64,000 nt of DNA from a bacterium (GCA_965205845.1 CBDBIG010000003.1:212453-276452), one strand, 5' to 3'; positions 40,000 through 51,186 are shown, numbered from the stretch's first letter. Notes: generated by a model not told the origin, from the sequence alone. Numbers and translations: made by a program.

Positions 40000-41124
40000 A
40001 TGAATAAACAACATAGTAAAATAATGATTTTGGGGCTAAGTGCTGCCTTGTTGACGGGTTGTACATGGGTGCGTGGCGTTAATTCTGCGGATTTAAAGCG
40101 TTATTCCCCCTCAAAACCCAGCGCAGCAATGGAGACAAAGAATACACCTACCCCCGTGCCTGGAGCCACCTTTAACGCAGCACCCGACCGGATACCGCAA
40201 AACACAGCACTGCACCCTATGGACCGGCAAGCACTGATTGCGGAGAACAATAACCTACGTAAGCAGCAAGCAAGCAACACCAAGCGCTTGATGGCATTGG
40301 AAAAGCAATTGCGGTTTGAGCAACAGGCGCATCAACAATTTAGAACGCGCATGAGCAGCAATTTAGAATTGCTCGAAACCTCATTGGCAAACCGACTTCA
40401 AGGTCAACAAACTTCTGCCAGCCCAGCATATTCAAACAATGGCACGTCGGGTGCGCCCAAATCACGCCAAACATACCGCGCCACGGGAAGTTCTCAAGGA
40501 AGTTCAATGTCGGCTAAGGCTCAGCAGCTTAATGGACACAGCCAATTGGCCATTGCCAGAGCAAAACGCCGTGTTCAAGGTGCGCGCCCACTGCCACCGG
40601 GGGCCTACACCAAATCGATGGCCGGCACACTCAACGCCAGGGTTATGGGCATTGTAAACAACCCTAATGACGATCCTGATTTAACGCCGCCTCTTCACCC
40701 ACGAACCCTAAGCCATGATACCGCAGCCAAGGCGATGTATGAGCGAGGTTTTGCGCTGTTTGCCCAAAAACGCAGCAAAGCTGCCCTAACGCAATTTAAC
40801 CGTTTGCTCCAAAAATATCCTAGCGATGTCTACAGCGACAACGCGCAGTTCTGGGTGGGTGAGTTGTATTATCGCCAAGGGAATAAGGATGCTGCCGAAG
40901 CCGCATGGCGTAAAGTTTTGCGCCACTATGCGCATCGCAGTACCCTCGAGGGCTATAAAACTCCCGATGCTCTATATCGCCTGGGCCAAGTGCATTTAGA
41001 GCGCAAGGACACAGTGCGTGCAAGGCAATTTTTGGAAGCAGCCGTCCAACGCTTTCCTGAGAGCATTGCCTCCAAAAAAGCCGCACGTACCCTAAGTAGG
41101 ATTCCAGCAACCGCGGCGCGTTAA
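40000..41124 (+). CDS. YbgF/CpoB-like Tol-Pal-associated TPR lipoprotein
   Basis: Lipobox LSAALLTGC. A Gln-rich coiled coil is followed by C-terminal TPR repeats (YERGFALFAQKRSKAALTQFNRLLQKYPSDVYSDNAQFWVGELYY...ALYRLGQVHLE). Confidence 0.6.
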   Translation: MNKQHSKIMILGLSAALLTGCTWVRGVNSADLKRYSPSKPSAAMETKNTPTPVPGATFNAAPDRIPQNTALHPMDRQALIAENNNLRKQQASNTKRLMALEKQLRFEQQAHQQFRTRMSSNLELLETSLANRLQGQQTSASPAYSNNGTSGAPKSRQTYRATGSSQGSSMSAKAQQLNGHSQLAIARAKRRVQGARPLPPGAYTKSMAGTLNARVMGIVNNPNDDPDLTPPLHPRTLSHDTAAKAMYERGFALFAQKRSKAALTQFNRLLQKYPSDVYSDNAQFWVGELYYRQGNKDAAEAAWRKVLRHYAHRSTLEGYKTPDALYRLGQVHLERKDTVRARQFLEAAVQRFPESIASKKAARTLSRIPATAAR

Positions 41125-41456
41125 ATAAAAAACCAAAAACGTTGGATGCACTGTCGTCTTCCGTGTGGGGTATCCTCTCAAAATGCTTCAAGATGCTTTA
41201 AGGACCAAAAGTGAAAAAAAACCATACCTCATGGTGTGGTTTGTGTGTTGCAACGTGTATCAACGGGTGGCACGCCGTCTGGAGGTAAAGCATTATGTGG
41301 CCCGCTGTCCACGCTGCTTACGGGCGATGCGCATTCGCGTTGACCCCAAGGCGGGCGTGGGCAAACGTGCTTTTATGGTGGGCTAGGAGCCTATGACAAA
41401 AAACGGCCTTGGGTATGGATGCTGCTAAAGACGAATCAGTGCTAGTAAAGTAAGGG

Positions 41457-42377
41457 TTGGCAACCGTGTTGATGTTTATGGAGGCGCACCATTGGGAACC
41501 TGTACGAGCCGATGTTCTTAGTGCGGGTTTAGCCTTGCTTTCTGCGGTTATTTTTGGTGCTTCAAGCCATGTAATAAGTCTTGGTCTTGTGCATACCTCC
41601 GCCTTACGGGGATCCTTGCTTGCGGTGTTTGGCTCGGCCTTTGTATTTTGGGTTATGGGACCTTTTGGGATTGAAGGGCATTTTTTCTCCTCACCTGCAT
41701 TGCTGGTTTTTTTGGTGGTGGGCTTGTTCAGGCCTGCCCTTTCTGCAAATTTATCTAACTTGGGTTTGCAAAAACTGGGACCTTCTTTAAACGAAACCCT
41801 GGCTGCATTCGCCCCCATTTTCTCCGTACTGGCGGGCGTTTTTTGGCTTAACGAGCATTTGAACTTACAAGGCTATGTGGGCGTGGCAGGTGCGTTAGCA
41901 GGGGTTATTCTGCTTTCATGGACGGGTAAACTACAGCGGCAATGGCCAGTAAGCGCCTTGCTGCTACCCTTAGGAGCAGCGTTGGTACGCGGTTGGGCAC
42001 ACGCTGCCATGCGCCAGGGTTTACGCGTGTTACCCAATGCCGCTTTTGCAGGCTTGGTGGGCAACACCACCTCGCTGATCACCTTGCTATTGCTAAACTT
42101 CATTCAAGGGAAAGTGCCATTGCGCAACATGCTGCGTGGCCGTGGTACATGGTGGCTACTGCTGGCGGGGGTTATGAATGGGCTGGGAATTTTCACCCTA
42201 AACAGCGCATTGAGTCTGGGACGGGTGGTGGTGGCTGCGCCCATTTCTTCAACCAGCCCCATTTTTACCATGCTGTTTGGCGTCGTGTTGTTTAAACGTG
42301 AACGCATTAACAAGCGCTCCATTCTCGCCGCCATGCTGATTGTACCCAGCATTATGTTACTGGCGTCCAGCCGCTAA
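41457..42377 (+). CDS. EamA/DMT-family transporter
   Basis: 10-TM profile with two EamA-like halves. Confidence 0.65.
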   Translation: MATVLMFMEAHHWEPVRADVLSAGLALLSAVIFGASSHVISLGLVHTSALRGSLLAVFGSAFVFWVMGPFGIEGHFFSSPALLVFLVVGLFRPALSANLSNLGLQKLGPSLNETLAAFAPIFSVLAGVFWLNEHLNLQGYVGVAGALAGVILLSWTGKLQRQWPVSALLLPLGAALVRGWAHAAMRQGLRVLPNAAFAGLVGNTTSLITLLLLNFIQGKVPLRNMLRGRGTWWLLLAGVMNGLGIFTLNSALSLGRVVVAAPISSTSPIFTMLFGVVLFKRERINKRSILAAMLIVPSIMLLASSR

Positions 42378-42627
42378 ACTTGGCAGACAATAACGGCCGC
42401 AAACGGTGTTAGAATTCACGCCTTTGACAATATGGGGACCTCCCCACAGTGATATCCGTGGGGGTTTTGTTCGCATATTTCTCCTGCGTGACTAAATGTT
42501 TTTCTGGTACGCTGGCAGTCTTGGATTTTTGCGTAGCAAAAACAATGCTGATGAAGGGCATTCTCTTTAGAGTTAAGGGTGTGTGGGTACGCCACACCAA
42601 CCCAATTTTTGTCAAAACCCCTACTCT

Positions 42628-43227
42628 ATGGAAGCGTTCATCGTGGAATCGCTCATCGTCACCACCGTATTTTGGTTAATCTACACCGCTACCCCCGGAG
42701 CTTTTTGGCTGGCTCTGGCGGAAGCCGCCCGCACCACCCCCCTCAGCGGGTTGTTTAAGCAGTTTGCCATTTTCCAATTTGTGGGCTGGGGCCCGCAAGT
42801 GGTTTTTATAACGCTGTTTGTGGGCGAGATTGCTGCGTTGCACCATGGCGTGTTGACGGCCTTGTATTTTGCGGGCAGTGCGGTGATTGCTTGGCTGGCT
42901 TACCAAACCTGGACAGCAGTCAAAAAAAGACAGGTGTTTGACTTTAACTGGCGTAAAATGGCACTGGTTTCTTGGAGCAATCCCAAGCCATGGGTTACCA
43001 TACCTGCGGGCTCGCTGGGGGCAAACTATGTCGAGGCCATTTGGCTAAATGCCATTTTATTTTTTGCGGTTAGTATGCCACTCCTTTTTGGCGGGCTGTT
43101 TATGTGGGGCTATTTGGGCAAACTAGGTGCCAAGGTTGGTGCCGGTTGGTTTTCTTACGTTACCGCCACCTTGCTGGCAGGTTATGGGGTGTATTTGTTA
43201 ATACAAGGGATGATGAGAATTGGATAG
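42628..43227 (+). CDS. LysE/RhtB-family amino-acid exporter
   Basis: MEAFIVESLIVTTVFWLIYTATPGAFW... is ~200 aa with a 6-TM profile. Confidence 0.65.
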   Translation: MEAFIVESLIVTTVFWLIYTATPGAFWLALAEAARTTPLSGLFKQFAIFQFVGWGPQVVFITLFVGEIAALHHGVLTALYFAGSAVIAWLAYQTWTAVKKRQVFDFNWRKMALVSWSNPKPWVTIPAGSLGANYVEAIWLNAILFFAVSMPLLFGGLFMWGYLGKLGAKVGAGWFSYVTATLLAGYGVYLLIQGMMRIG

Positions 43228-43822
43228 CATGGCAATCGAAGCATGGATTACGACCGCCGTATTTTGGGCTACATTTGAATTGACCCCCGGACCTTTTTGG
43301 GTAGCTTTCATGCAGGCGGTACGCAGCAACTCTTTTCGTGTACTATTAAAGCAGTATGCTCTATTTGTCTTGCTGGGATCGGGCTTGCAAATTATATTTA
43401 TTGCACTGTTCGTGGGCAAAGTGGCTACTTTGCACCCATGGATATACACAGCCCTAAACTTTGTAGGTGCTGGGGTGGTTTTTAGCATGGCTTACCAAAC
43501 GCTGTCCACAGTGCACCGCCAACAAACCATGGATTTTAATTGGTTCAAGATGAGTCTCATCTCTTGGGGTAGTCCCAAGGCATGGAGTGTGATTCCTGTA
43601 GGAGCACTTAACGCCACCTATACCGATTATGTGCTGCCAAATGCTGCCCTATTTTTTGCCGTTAGTCTGCCTTTTTCGATAGTCTCGGTTTTTGTGTGGG
43701 GGTATTTGGGGGTGCTCGGTGCTAAAATAGAGATAAAAAAATTTTCCTGTGCAACCACTGCCGTGCTAACGGGTTATGGAGTGTATTTGTTGACGCAAGG
43801 GCTGGCTAGGGTATTTGATTAG
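43220..43822 (+). CDS. LysE/RhtB-family exporter, tandem paralog of the preceding gene
   Basis: MDSMAIEAWITTAVFWATFELTPGPFW... is collinear with the upstream paralog over the full length. The ATGs overlap in ATGA fashion. Confidence 0.65.
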   Translation: MDSMAIEAWITTAVFWATFELTPGPFWVAFMQAVRSNSFRVLLKQYALFVLLGSGLQIIFIALFVGKVATLHPWIYTALNFVGAGVVFSMAYQTLSTVHRQQTMDFNWFKMSLISWGSPKAWSVIPVGALNATYTDYVLPNAALFFAVSLPFSIVSVFVWGYLGVLGAKIEIKKFSCATTAVLTGYGVYLLTQGLARVFD

Positions 43823-43874
43823 GCGAGCAATGATGCTTAACACAACACTTTTGGCTGTTTATAGATTACAGGTG

Positions 43875-44425
43875 CACGCAAAAAGGGCTCTGTATGGGGG
43901 CAGCCCAGGTGCTTTTTGCGCGACAACGCACACGCACTATTTCCAAGGTACAAAGGTGGTATCGATGGCGAATTGATGAACCCATTTCGGGTGCTTAAAT
44001 ACCACAAGACTGCGTTTTTGCAGGGCTTGGAAATGGGGGGCTACTCACTCTAGAGAGTGTTAAAATACCCCCCAAAAAAAACCAACCCATGATCGACATC
44101 CAGCGTGCTCAACGGTTTTATTGCCTGCACAAAATGCCTTTATAATAGCCTAACCCGCGAGTTTGGCTACTCAAAAAAACAGCCACCGTCCAAGCTTCTC
44201 AAACCCCAAAAAGCCCTTGAGCAAGCCCACGCGGCCCTGCAAAGGAGGTAAGCGATTGATGGCAAGATCAATACGCAAAAAACATCCCCTTTAAAAATAA
44301 ATGGCGAAACGGACGGTGGCAAAGCATGGAAACGATTACACGTGTAAAAACTGCCATTAGCCACAAAAAATTGCCGGTGGCAAAGCCATGTGTCTCACAA
44401 GGCGCAAACCATGTGTCCCTTTACA
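43875..44425 (+). pseudogene. dam-derived repeat element, copy c (5'-truncated dam remnant plus conserved 3' flank)
   Basis: ..GELMNPFRVLKYHKTAFLQGLEMGG.., ..IDIQRAQRFYCLHKMP.. and ..FGYSKKQPP.. track Dam residues ~30-140. The flank gtaagcgattgatggcaagatcaatacgcaaaaaacatccc...ccatgtgtctcacaaggcgcaaaccatgtgtccctttaca is shared with copies a, b and d. Confidence 0.7.
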
Positions 44426-44609
44426 TGCACATTTACACCCAATTTGGGCTATATTCGAAGGAATGCGGGTGGAAGTTTAACAATGATGCGCCGTCCACCC
44501 ATTTATCGTAACTTAAAACAATGGGTTTGGCATCTATCTGAGATAGTGATCGTAGGTTAGCCCCTTATTTGATGCCCTTTACAACACGAAGGTGAAAAAG
44601 AACCAGTCG

Positions 44610-45467
44610 ATGAAAGGCGTTATTTTAGCGGCAGGATATGGCAGTCGTTTTTTGCCAATCACCAAATCTTTGCCCAAGGAGATGTTACCGCTTGGCGGTA
44701 TTCCCGCTTTGCAGTGGATTGTGGACGAGATGTCAAGTGCGGGCATTACCGATATTTTGGTGGTGACTTCAAGGCGCAAAAAAGCATTGGAAGACTACTT
44801 TGACCGCGACCCAGAACTGGAGATCGCCTTTGCAAATAGCCCCCACAAAATGGCCCTCATCATGCCGTCAAGTGCCAATTTGTTTTTTGTGCGCCAGCAG
44901 CGTATGGCAGGGGCGGGCGATGCTTTATTGCTATGCGAACCTTTTGTAGGCAACAGCCCCTTTGTAGTGGCGTATCCAGACGATGTGCATTTTGGCACAC
45001 CATCGCTTACAGCACAGCTACAAGCAGTGTATCACCAAACCAAAACCTGTGTGCTAGCGTTACGACCAGCGGAACAAGCGGAAAATCTCTCGCGCTACGG
45101 CATCGTTGCTACCAAAACTGTCGATGGGATTGAATGGGTAGAAAAAATGGTGGAAAAACCTGCAAAAGGGAAAGAACCCGGCAAACTTATTAGCCATGGA
45201 CGCTACCTTTACACCCCCGAGATTTTCTTGGCACTTAAAACCAGCCGCGCCCAGCACCAAGCAGATCAAGGGGAATTCACCCAAACGTCAGCACTCGTAG
45301 AGATGATTTCCAAAGGCAAGGTAGCAGGTCAGCGCATTCAAGGAAACATGATGGATGTCGGAGAACCAGAAGGTTATTTGCGATCTGTCATGGCCTGTGC
45401 ACTACAAGGTCCGCACCGCAAGGCCATGCTTGAGTGGATGCGCAAAGAACTTGCGCACAGCGAATAA
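44610..45467 (+). CDS. galU: UTP--glucose-1-phosphate uridylyltransferase
   Basis: KGVILAAGYGSRFLPITKSLPKEMLPLGGIPALQWIVDE matches the GalU N-terminal motif. Confidence 0.8.
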   Translation: MKGVILAAGYGSRFLPITKSLPKEMLPLGGIPALQWIVDEMSSAGITDILVVTSRRKKALEDYFDRDPELEIAFANSPHKMALIMPSSANLFFVRQQRMAGAGDALLLCEPFVGNSPFVVAYPDDVHFGTPSLTAQLQAVYHQTKTCVLALRPAEQAENLSRYGIVATKTVDGIEWVEKMVEKPAKGKEPGKLISHGRYLYTPEIFLALKTSRAQHQADQGEFTQTSALVEMISKGKVAGQRIQGNMMDVGEPEGYLRSVMACALQGPHRKAMLEWMRKELAHSE

Positions 45468-45662
45468 CCAAATATGCAAAACCCATATAATCCACCCCTA
45501 GTAGACCAAGGGTGCAGAGGAACACCCACGCCAACTCTGCCATGCCTGCGCACAATCCGTAACCGCCCCAGCAGACAATCAAGCAAGCACCTTGTTGCAA
45601 TCGGATGAGGTTGTTGCGGGTTAAATTTCAAGCAGGGTCAAACACTTTCCTATTTTCTAGGT

Positions 45663-46526
45663 CTACCCTTTGGTAGCACCAGAAGTGAGACCGGATATGT
45701 AGTAATCCATTAAAAAAGCATAGATAATAACGGGGGGTGCGGCGGCCAACAAAGCTCCAGCCATTAGACCACCCCAGTGGTAAACGTCTCCGCGAATAAG
45801 CGTGGTGACAGTACCCACTGTAAGCACAAGTTGGTCATCGGTAAAAGTGAAGGCAAGCGGGTACAGAAAACCAGACCAGCACACGGTGAAAGCAAAGATA
45901 ATCGCTGCAATAATTCCTGGCATGGCCACGGGAATAAAAATTTTGGTCAACATTTGCATGTGACTTGCGCCGTCAATCAAGGCCGCTTCGTCTAGTTCTT
46001 TAGGGATTGAGCCAAAATATCCGATCATAATCCATGTACAAAAGGGCACCGCCAGGGTTGGAAAAACAAGGACCAAAGAAAATTTGGATCCTATTATCCC
46101 AAAGCCGCCAAGCAGCTCGAACAAGGGAATAAACAGCAAGGTTTCAGGCACAAGATAGGTTAAAAAAACACCCGTAGCCAAAACACCCGAGCCCCAAAAT
46201 TTCATGCGTGCAAGGGAGTATGCCGCAAGCACGCTAATAACAATACTAATGCTGACCGCCATTACCGTAACAATGATCGTATTAAGAAAATACACAGGAT
46301 ATTTGGTGCTAGTGAGCAAGTTGATATAGTGATGCAGCGTTGGTTTGCCACTGATAATGAGAGGGGTTGTATCGAGTGAGGCGATTTCTCGATTGTTTTT
46401 GAGTGATGTAATCAGCATGTAGTACGGCGGAAAAAGGTAAAATATAATAAATAATACCAAAAAGAAGTACGCCGATATAAGAATCCATTGCTTTTGTGTG
46501 CTCGTGCCGCCGAATAACTTGCCCAT
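45663..46526 (-). CDS. carbohydrate ABC transporter permease (CUT1, UgpE/MalG-like)
   Basis: EAA loop region DEAALIDGASHMQMLTKIFIPVAMPG. Confidence 0.85.
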   Translation of the reverse strand: MGKLFGGTSTQKQWILISAYFFLVLFIIFYLFPPYYMLITSLKNNREIASLDTTPLIISGKPTLHHYINLLTSTKYPVYFLNTIIVTVMAVSISIVISVLAAYSLARMKFWGSGVLATGVFLTYLVPETLLFIPLFELLGGFGIIGSKFSLVLVFPTLAVPFCTWIMIGYFGSIPKELDEAALIDGASHMQMLTKIFIPVAMPGIIAAIIFAFTVCWSGFLYPLAFTFTDDQLVLTVGTVTTLIRGDVYHWGGLMAGALLAAAPPVIIYAFLMDYYISGLTSGATKG

Positions 46527-46632
46527 AAAAAATACTCTGCTTTTAGAAATGAATATGAAACAAAAGAAATGGGAAGGCCATCAGCGATTTTAAACACGAC
46601 CCAAGTCCAGCGCATCAAGGCATGCAAAACGC

Positions 46633-47550
46633 TCAAAGATCAGCCACACGCTCACGCACCTTGCGTAAAATAATAAAGGCCAAAACAGCCAACAAGGGGA
46701 ACATGAACAAAGATACCGCTGCTGCTTGTGGAATATTCCCCGATTCAATTCCCAGCACAAAAGAATAGGTGCCAAAAAGGTGGGTGGTGTTTCTGGGACC
46801 ACCCGCGGTAAGCACTCGGACAATATCGAAATTGGCAAAAGTAACAATGGTGGAAAACAGCATGGTAATCGCAATGATATTACCCATCATAGGCAAGGTA
46901 ACATACCAAAGCCTCTGTACACGGGAGGCACCGTCAATTTCTGCCGCCTCGTATAGATCTTGAGGAACCGACTTCAACCCCGCTAAATACATGATAAGGA
47001 AAAAGGGCGACCCATACCATATATTCACCAAAATCACCGAAAAACGCGCCCAAAAAGGCTCGCCTAACCAAGGGATGTCAATGCCAAAAAGCCCTTTCAA
47101 AACCCAGTTCAAAGCACCGTGACTGGTATCAAACAGCCACAAAAAACTAAGGGTGCTAAGCACAGGAGGCATCACCCAAGGGACCAGCGCCAAACCACGC
47201 CAAATCCGCTGGCGTTTATTGGGTAGCACGTTGATGAGATGCGCCATAACAAAGCCAATAATGGCTTTAAAAAACACGGCGGTTAGGGCAAACAAAATAG
47301 ACTGCCTAAGTACCATCCAAAAGGTGGGTGTGCTCAGTAGGTCGCGATAGTTTTGCAGGCCTACAAAAGCCGTTTCTTTTTTATTGAGCAGGCTTAAAAA
47401 AATAGAATAGAAAAATGGGTAAATCACCAAACCAATCACCACCGCCAACAAGGGCACAACGAGTACAAAGGCAAGGGTAGAACGCTTTTGTGCAACACGT
47501 TTTAAAATAGAGGGTGGGTTTTGCAAGGGGGTAGATGAAGCCTCGCTCAT
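46633..47550 (-). CDS. carbohydrate ABC transporter permease (CUT1, UgpA/MalF-like)
   Basis: EAA loop YEAAEIDGASRVQRLWYVTLPMM, with 6 TM segments. Confidence 0.85.
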   Translation of the reverse strand: MSEASSTPLQNPPSILKRVAQKRSTLAFVLVVPLLAVVIGLVIYPFFYSIFLSLLNKKETAFVGLQNYRDLLSTPTFWMVLRQSILFALTAVFFKAIIGFVMAHLINVLPNKRQRIWRGLALVPWVMPPVLSTLSFLWLFDTSHGALNWVLKGLFGIDIPWLGEPFWARFSVILVNIWYGSPFFLIMYLAGLKSVPQDLYEAAEIDGASRVQRLWYVTLPMMGNIIAITMLFSTIVTFANFDIVRVLTAGGPRNTTHLFGTYSFVLGIESGNIPQAAAVSLFMFPLLAVLAFIILRKVRERVADL

Positions 47551-47780
47551 AAGATGGTAATCCCGAATTTAAAAGCATTTGCTATAGTCAACAGCACACG
47601 AAGACACAAGCCCGCAAAATAAGCGATAGGCCGTGCCATATCCAAATATAATCTGTGTAAAATCTATATCAACTCATGACACGCCGCTCCACAAAGCAAC
47701 GGAGAACGGGCAACGCATGGCCAACATCCTTGTTTCAAAGCATGCGAGCCATGCATCAAGCCTTACAAACTTTGAGGTGG

Positions 47781-49148
47781 CTACGCGCTTTTCACATAGC
47801 CTTCCAAGGTTTGAACACCCCACTTGATCACTTCTTCCATGCTCTCTTCGTCTTGGCAGAACTTACCAATCATCACGGGCATAAACGCTTGTGCGTAAAT
47901 TTGCGCTGCAATGGCTGGAGGCGCAGGCATACCGCCCACATTGGTTTGCTCGTCACCGCGAACAGGGTAGTTATACTGCCCGCCCACCGGTGGCTCAACG
48001 GTCTCCCATATATCAAACTTGGTAAAAGATTTGAACAACGGAATATCATACCCGCGCGAGGCTTCCACAAGTTGCTTTTGTTGTGTTTCCTCATTCAAGT
48101 GTACCAACAATGCCTTGGCAGCAGACTTGTTTTTGGAGAACTTCCAAATGGCAGCACTACGCGGCAAGGTTGGACGGAAATGACCGCCTGGGCCAACTGG
48201 CATGTCGCAGTGCCATATTTGCTCTGCAACTTCTGGTTTGTCGCGCTTGGCCACAGCCCATGCAGAAGGAGGATTCATAATGGCAGAGCCTTTGCCCGAG
48301 ATGATCCACTTATTATTGCCACCGTCATCCCATGAATAAACATCACGAGGCATCACGGCGGTCAATTTCTTCATGTACTCGAGCACCATGCGGGTCCCGT
48401 CAGAGTCGATGGTGATGTTGCCCTTGGCATCTACGGGAATGGCACCAAAAGAGCGGAACAAGCCCCCTGTCCAGTCTTGGGCATCGCTGGGTCCATTGCT
48501 GAGTTGATTGCCAAAAGGATAACCCGCTGCATGCAGTTTTTCCGCTGCGGCTAAAAAGGTCTCCCATGTCCAGTCTTGGGCAAGTGCGTTGGATGCACTG
48601 GTGCGTGGACCTGCAGGAAACATGGCTTGGAGGTCGATACCCGCATGCTCTTTAAACAGGTCCATGCGCGCCACGACAGGGTAGCTGTGGTTGCCACCCG
48701 CCGGGGAGGGCAAAGCCAGCCAAGTGCCTTCTTGTTTAAAGAGGTACTCACCGTCTGCGGTTATATTCCCATATTTACCGATGAGGTACTTGTACTCTTC
48801 ATCCACAGGCTCAAGGGCGTCAGCATGAAAGATGTTGTCCCAAGTGGGCATGGCAATAAAGTCATGACCGCTTTTGGCGCGTTTTTCGGCAGCGGCGGTC
48901 AATTGAATCTTCTTACCCGAGGAAGTGATGTAGTCAATTTGAACCTCAACTTTTTCTTTTTCTGCCCAGGCCTCAATCAACTTGGTCAGTGCTTCGTTGG
49001 CCCCAGGCACCCAGTGGTCCCAAAAGCCCACCTTTAATTTACCTGCCGACTTACTGGTGCAGGCATAAGGTGCCCCAGCAATCACGGTCGAGACCGCCGC
49101 CGCTTTTAGCAAGCCGCGCCTGGTGATTTTTTTGATGTTTTGTTTCAT
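47781..49148 (-). CDS. ABC transporter extracellular solute-binding protein (sugar/glycerol-3-phosphate type)
   Basis: Signal peptide RRGLLKAAAVSTVIAGAPYAC, either Tat-like or a lipoprotein signal. SBP_bac_1-like length of 455 aa. Confidence 0.8.
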   Translation of the reverse strand: MKQNIKKITRRGLLKAAAVSTVIAGAPYACTSKSAGKLKVGFWDHWVPGANEALTKLIEAWAEKEKVEVQIDYITSSGKKIQLTAAAEKRAKSGHDFIAMPTWDNIFHADALEPVDEEYKYLIGKYGNITADGEYLFKQEGTWLALPSPAGGNHSYPVVARMDLFKEHAGIDLQAMFPAGPRTSASNALAQDWTWETFLAAAEKLHAAGYPFGNQLSNGPSDAQDWTGGLFRSFGAIPVDAKGNITIDSDGTRMVLEYMKKLTAVMPRDVYSWDDGGNNKWIISGKGSAIMNPPSAWAVAKRDKPEVAEQIWHCDMPVGPGGHFRPTLPRSAAIWKFSKNKSAAKALLVHLNEETQQKQLVEASRGYDIPLFKSFTKFDIWETVEPPVGGQYNYPVRGDEQTNVGGMPAPPAIAAQIYAQAFMPVMIGKFCQDEESMEEVIKWGVQTLEGYVKSA

Positions 49149-49196
49149 ACGTCTCCTTTTATAAATTGGGAGGGGGTGGAATGGGTGAACATGACC

Positions 49197-49400
49197 TTGG
49201 TTACTACGCGTTTTTTACAAAGCCTTCCAAAGTTTGAACACCCCATTTGATTACTTCTTCCATGCCTTCTCCGCCATGGCAGAACTTAGCAATCATTATC
49301 GGAGTTAAGTGCCTGTGCGTAAACTTGCGCCACAATAGCCGGAGGTGCAAGCATGCCACCTATGGTCGCCACTTCATCTTTTTCTAATGGGGACGAAACA
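49197..49400 (-). pseudogene. 3'-terminal remnant of a second, paralogous solute-binding-protein gene
   Basis: The reverse strand encodes ...IMIAKFCHGGEGMEEVIKWGVQTLEGFVKNA*, which parallels the C-terminus of the intact SBP (VMIGKFCQDEESMEEVIKWGVQTLEGYVKSA*). Nucleotide identity with 47781-47960 is about 80%. Confidence 0.6.
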
Positions 49401-49621
49401 CCCTCAAGTACGCGCAACAAAAGCCCACCACGAATTTTGAAAAAAGGCGCGAGGCGTCTCAAAAATGCGAGCGCTTTCTATAAAAAAACCCACCTTTAGC
49501 CAAGCACCCTAGCAAAAACCAACACCTCCTATTACACATTTTTTCTGTCAAGAAGCACGCCCTGCAGCCGCAGCGCAAATAATTCCCCACCACGAGGGAA
49601 CCACTCCAATCCAACCCTTTT

Positions 49622-50719
49622 TTAACAACACTTTTCTGTCTCGGGGTCTATCAGGTGCATTTTACCCATGTCGATGGTGAAACCCATGGTTTGGTCAACC
49701 CCTTTTACTTCGCTCGGCGCACAACGCCCCACACACTCGTTGTTGTTAATATTTAGCAGCACCATTGTATCCATGCCCATTGGTTCAATCACCCGTACGG
49801 TATGCGAGAAATCTTCTTGCGCTTTGCTGGTGTGGGCCACTTTGTGGGTTACATGTTCAGGGCGAATGCCAAAGATCATTTTTTTACCTACATAAGGTTC
49901 GCAACGCTTGGCCATGGATTTAGGAATTTGCAAACGCAATGCGTTATCGAGCACCACTTTAAAACCCGCTCCCGATTTTTCAATGCTGCATTCCATAAAA
50001 TTCATGGCAGGAGAGCCAATAAAACCAGATACAAACAAAGTTTTGGGGGTTTCGTACAATTCTTGTGGGGTGCCAATCTGCTCAATGTACCCGTTATTCA
50101 TGACCACAATACGGTCTGCCAGCGTCATTGCTTCCACTTGATCGTGGGTTACGTACACAATGGTGGTTTTAACCCGCTGGTGAATTTTCTTAATTTCAGT
50201 GCGCATTTGCACACGCAACTTGGCATCCAAGTTACTCAAGGGCTCGTCAAACAAAAACACTTGAGGCAAACGCACAATGGCACGCCCCATGGCAACTCGC
50301 TGGCGCTGCCCACCTGAGAGTTGCTTGGGGCGCCGGGTAAGCAAATCACCAATATTCAAAATATCCGCTGCGTCGCGAACGCGCTGATCAATGATATCTT
50401 TAGGCGTTTTGCGCAACCGCAAGCCAAAACTCATATTTTCGAATACGGTCATGTGGGGGTAGAGTGCGTAGTTTTGAAACACCATCGCAATATCGCGATC
50501 CTTAGGCGGAACGTTGTTCACCACCCGATCCCCAATCACAATCTCACCGCCCGTAATGTCCTCCAACCCTGCAATCATGCGGAGTGTCGTGCTTTTCCCA
50601 CAACCCGATGGGCCTACCAGCACAACAAACTCATTGTGCGCGATATCCACGTTAATCCCATGCACAACCTCGGTTTGATCATAAGATTTTCGGATATCCT
50701 TAATTTTGACTTGAGCCAT
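49622..50719 (-). CDS. ABC transporter ATP-binding protein (UgpC/MalK-like)
   Basis: Walker [10 protein letters not shown], signature LSGGQRQRV, Walker [12 protein letters not shown] and a C-terminal TOBE/MalK regulatory domain. Confidence 0.9.
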   Translation of the reverse strand: MAQVKIKDIRKSYDQTEVVHGINVDIAHNEFVVLVGPSGCGKSTTLRMIAGLEDITGGEIVIGDRVVNNVPPKDRDIAMVFQNYALYPHMTVFENMSFGLRLRKTPKDIIDQRVRDAADILNIGDLLTRRPKQLSGGQRQRVAMGRAIVRLPQVFLFDEPLSNLDAKLRVQMRTEIKKIHQRVKTTIVYVTHDQVEAMTLADRIVVMNNGYIEQIGTPQELYETPKTLFVSGFIGSPAMNFMECSIEKSGAGFKVVLDNALRLQIPKSMAKRCEPYVGKKMIFGIRPEHVTHKVAHTSKAQEDFSHTVRVIEPMGMDTMVLLNINNNECVGRCAPSEVKGVDQTMGFTIDMGKMHLIDPETEKCC

Positions 50720-50907
50720 AAGGGTTGAGTCACACCTCCTTCACGTATACAAAAATAAGATAGGGATCTACAAAATGCCCCCAGCCTCCAAGCCTAACAA
50801 ACGGCACGCCGGCATAAAAAACGCGTCCCACTGTTTCTTCAAACCAGTTCATTGGTGCATGGTGTACTGCGTTTTTTGAAAAAAAGCAAATTAAATTTCC
50901 GTTCCCC

Positions 50908-51186
50908 TCACAAGGTCTCATTGTCAAACTTAGCAAGTTCGACCTCACCATCATACTTTCTCATCACCGTTTGCACCCGCTGTTTTGCCTCACTCAAATG
51001 TTCTTGGCAGCGTTGCCCCCAAAGCACCCCTTCTTCAAACACTTGCAGTGAATCATTTAAAGACAAATCGCCACTTTCCAAGCGTTGCACGGCTTCTTCT
51101 AGCATGGTAACAGCCCGTTCAAAACTTGCCGTTTCTGCTTGCTTCACCACATCCCCATCAAAAATTTGGTTTTTGTTTTTTGCCAT
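50908..51186 (-). CDS. xseB: exodeoxyribonuclease VII small subunit
   Basis: SFERAVTMLEEAVQRLESGDLSLNDSLQVFEEGV matches the XseB pattern. Confidence 0.75.
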   Translation of the reverse strand: MAKNKNQIFDGDVVKQAETASFERAVTMLEEAVQRLESGDLSLNDSLQVFEEGVLWGQRCQEHLSEAKQRVQTVMRKYDGEVELAKFDNETL

